Shown here piece after piece: positions 61,451 through 64,000 of a stretch of DNA of 64,000 nt. A model generated the notes under the pieces. That model was not told the DNA's origin. It worked only from the letters and a program-made list of their open reading frames with translations, and ran no database searches. Source of the DNA: Methanobacteriota archaeon. Its GTDB lineage: Archaea; Halobacteriota; Bog-38; Methanoflorentales; Methanoflorentaceae. The stretch spans positions 1,760,001 through 1,824,000 of the forward strand of contig OY970393.1 of assembly GCA_963720465.1 (NCBI GenBank). The letters are read 5' to 3'. The position numbers and the translations under genes were made by a program. Each line of letters starts with the position of its first letter. The stretch's first letter is position 1.

Positions 61451-64000
61451 CGGAATCCATTCGCATCAAGGGCGCTAAGGAGCACAATCTCAAGAACGTC
61501 GACGTTGAGATCCCGCGCGATAAGTTTGTGGTCATAACGGGGATCAGTGGTTCAGGGAAGTCATCGTTGGCCTTTGATACCATCTACGCCGAAGGACAGC
61601 GAAAGTACGTGGAATCGTTGTCCGCGTACGCCAGGCAGTTTCTTGGTCAGATGAAGAAGCCGGAGGTGGAGCACATCGACGGCTTGTCTCCGGCGATTTC
61701 GATCGACCAAAAAACGACGAGCAAGAATCCCCGTTCCACTGTGGGAACGGTCACCGAGATCTTTGACTACCTGCGGCTCATGTTCGCGCGCGTAGGAACG
61801 CCTCACTGCCCGCAGTGCGGCAAGGAGATCGCCCAGCAGACCGTGCAAGAAATCGTCGATCAGGTGATGCGGCTTCCCAAAGAGACGAACATTACGATAC
61901 TCGCCCCGGTCGTCAAGGACAAAAAGGGGGAACACCGGAAGATTTTGGAATTCCTGCTGAGTGACGGGTTCACACGAGCGCGCATCGATGCCGAGGTGCG
62001 TGAGCTCGATGAAGCCATCGACCTCGACAAGAACAAGCGCCATTCGATCGAGGTCGTCGCCGACCGACTTGCCATTGCTGACGAAGACCAGCAACGCCTC
62101 GCAGACTCGCTTGAGACGGCTCTCGTGCTCGGTGACGGCGTCGTTATCGTCGACGTCGCCGGCGCCGAAGAGCTCCTTTTCAGTGAGCACTTCGCCTGTC
62201 CCGAGTGCGGCATCAACATGGGAGAAATTGAGCCGCGCATGTTCTCGTTCAACAGCCCACATGGGGCGTGTCCGGCCTGCCACGGCCTAGGGTTTGAAAA
62301 GACCCTCGATGAGGACTTAGTCGTGCCCGACAAATCCCTCCCCGTCAGAAGAGCCATAGCTCCGTGGGCGAAATCGACGAGTGACTACTACCCGCAGTAC
62401 CTCTCGAGCGCAGCCAAACAGTTCCAGTTCAGTCTTGAAACGCCGTACGAAGAGCTTACCGGCGATCAGAAAAACCTGCTCCTCTACGGCTCGGGCAGCC
62501 AAAAAATGCAGTTTGAGTACGTCGGCCGACACGGTCACGTCCGCTTTCTCAGGCCGTTTGAGGGAGTGATCAAGAACCTGTCGCGTCGCTATCGCGAAAC
62601 TGACTCTGAGTACATCAGAGACGAGATTGAGAAGTATATGCGCCTGCGTGCGTGCGATGCGTGCAATGGCAAACGCCTTCAGCCTAAAGCTCTCGCCGTA
62701 ACCCTCAGCGATCGTTCTATAGCCGACGTCTCGGCCTTGTCAGTCGATGCCGCGCACGAGTTCTTTGAAACCTTGCGCCTCTCCAACGGGAAAATGACCA
62801 TCGCTGCTGAGGTCATCAAAGAGGTCAAAAAAAGGCTCAACTTTTTGCAAAACGTGGGCCTCAACTACCTGACGCTCGATCGAGCGAGCGAGACGCTTTC
62901 AGGCGGCGAGGCTCAGCGAATACGGCTCGCGACGCAAATCGGTTCTGGCCTCGTCGGGGTGCTTTATATCCTTGATGAGCCGAGTATCGGCCTCCACCAG
63001 CGCGACAATCTGCGGCTCATCGGGACGCTAAAGAGCCTTAGAGACCTTGGAAACACGCTCATCGTGGTTGAGCACGACGAGGAGATGATTCGTACAGCGG
63101 ACTACGTTATCGACATGGGGCCCGGCGCCGGAGAGCACGGAGGCGCCATCGTGGCGACCGGTACCCCGAGTGACATCGTAAGCGATCCTGAGTCCATAAC
63201 GGGACAGTACCTCAACCGCGTTAAGCGGATCGAGGTGCCGAAACGACGCCGCACCACGAACGGTAACGCGCTACGCATTGTCGGCGCGCGCCATAACAAC
63301 CTCAAGAACATAGACGTTGAGATCCCTCTCGGGATTTTCACGTGCGTCACCGGGGTCTCCGGATCAGGAAAAAGCACCCTTATCAATGATATCCTGCATC
63401 GTAAACTCGCCCAACAGCTGCACCGCGCGTATGGAAAGCCCGGCGATCACGATGACGTCTTGGGCATTCAGCACATCGACAAGGTGATCACGATCGATCA
63501 GTCGCCTATCGGGAGGACGCCGCGCTCGAATCCCGCTACCTACACGGGAGTGTTCGATTTCATCCGGGCCCTCTTCGCGCAGCTTCCCGACGCCAAGGCC
63601 CGAGGCTATCGGCCGGGCCGGTTCAGCTTCAACGTGAAAGGCGGTCGCTGCGAGGCGTGCAGGGGTGACGGAATCATAAAGATCGAGATGCATTTTTTGC
63701 CCGACGTCTACGTGCCGTGTGAGGTCTGCGAGGGGAAGCGCTATAACCGGGAAACTCTTGAAATTCGTTATAAGGGCAAGAATATCGCCGACGTGCTCGA
63801 TATGACCGTCGAAGAGGGCGTACACTTCTTTGAGAACATCCCGCGCATCAAGCAAAAGCTGCAGACGCTCTACGACGTGGGGCTGGGGTACATCAAGCTT
63901 GGGCAGCCGGCGACGACGCTCTCTGGTGGAGAGGCACAACGCGTCAAACTGGCCACCGAACTCAGTCGGCGGAGCACCGGCAAGACGTTCTACATTCTCG
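61447..64000 (+). CDS. uvrA: Excinuclease ABC subunit A (runs off the window)
   Basis: GTG start overlapping uvrB; [31 protein letters not shown] and LSGGEAQR twice. Confidence 0.97.
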   Translation, partial: MTESIRIKGAKEHNLKNVDVEIPRDKFVVITGISGSGKSSLAFDTIYAEGQRKYVESLSAYARQFLGQMKKPEVEHIDGLSPAISIDQKTTSKNPRSTVGTVTEIFDYLRLMFARVGTPHCPQCGKEIAQQTVQEIVDQVMRLPKETNITILAPVVKDKKGEHRKILEFLLSDGFTRARIDAEVRELDEAIDLDKNKRHSIEVVADRLAIADEDQQRLADSLETALVLGDGVVIVDVAGAEELLFSEHFACPECGINMGEIEPRMFSFNSPHGACPACHGLGFEKTLDEDLVVPDKSLPVRRAIAPWAKSTSDYYPQYLSSAAKQFQFSLETPYEELTGDQKNLLLYGSGSQKMQFEYVGRHGHVRFLRPFEGVIKNLSRRYRETDSEYIRDEIEKYMRLRACDACNGKRLQPKALAVTLSDRSIADVSALSVDAAHEFFETLRLSNGKMTIAAEVIKEVKKRLNFLQNVGLNYLTLDRASETLSGGEAQRIRLATQIGSGLVGVLYILDEPSIGLHQRDNLRLIGTLKSLRDLGNTLIVVEHDEEMIRTADYVIDMGPGAGEHGGAIVATGTPSDIVSDPESITGQYLNRVKRIEVPKRRRTTNGNALRIVGARHNNLKNIDVEIPLGIFTCVTGVSGSGKSTLINDILHRKLAQQLHRAYGKPGDHDDVLGIQHIDKVITIDQSPIGRTPRSNPATYTGVFDFIRALFAQLPDAKARGYRPGRFSFNVKGGRCEACRGDGIIKIEMHFLPDVYVPCEVCEGKRYNRETLEIRYKGKNIADVLDMTVEEGVHFFENIPRIKQKLQTLYDVGLGYIKLGQPATTLSGGEAQRVKLATELSRRSTGKTFYIL

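Noticed and set aside
61561-63939. Long minus-strand ORFs (240, 165 and 191 aa)
   Set aside because: Antisense shadows of uvrA, which the ORF track misses because it has no stop in the window.

Overview
Archaeal chromosomal segment, most likely from a Methanomicrobia/Halobacteriota-type methanogen relative. This is inferred from SepCysS, MptA, aIF-1A, Pth2, two geranylgeranyl reductases, BRE/TATA promoters and BHB tRNA introns. The first ~16 kb is rich in decayed genes (beta-propeller surface protein, flavodoxin, DUF2807, PadR, TrmB, DUF488, cardiolipin synthase). The rest is mostly housekeeping: pscS, thiL, htpX/Psp module, rpiA, pst/phoU, aldolase/pfkB, pyrF, tldD/pmbA, mptA, truD, RPA-family protein, FTR and uvrBA. 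The main unexplained signals are four. (1) A ~580-bp non-coding element occurs twice, 41 kb apart, colinear and nearly gapless, and ends in a promoter plus a covarying long hairpin with a conserved CCCUACCUC loop (candidate new sRNA system). (2) A tRNA-Met(CAU) carries two BHB introns, one in the D-loop. (3) Several genes, including aIF-1A, appear to start at CUG/AUA codons. (4) An orphan nitrogenase-fold gene is translationally coupled to a small cytoplasmic trypsin-like protease. All family assignments are from motif recognition by eye; no searches were run.
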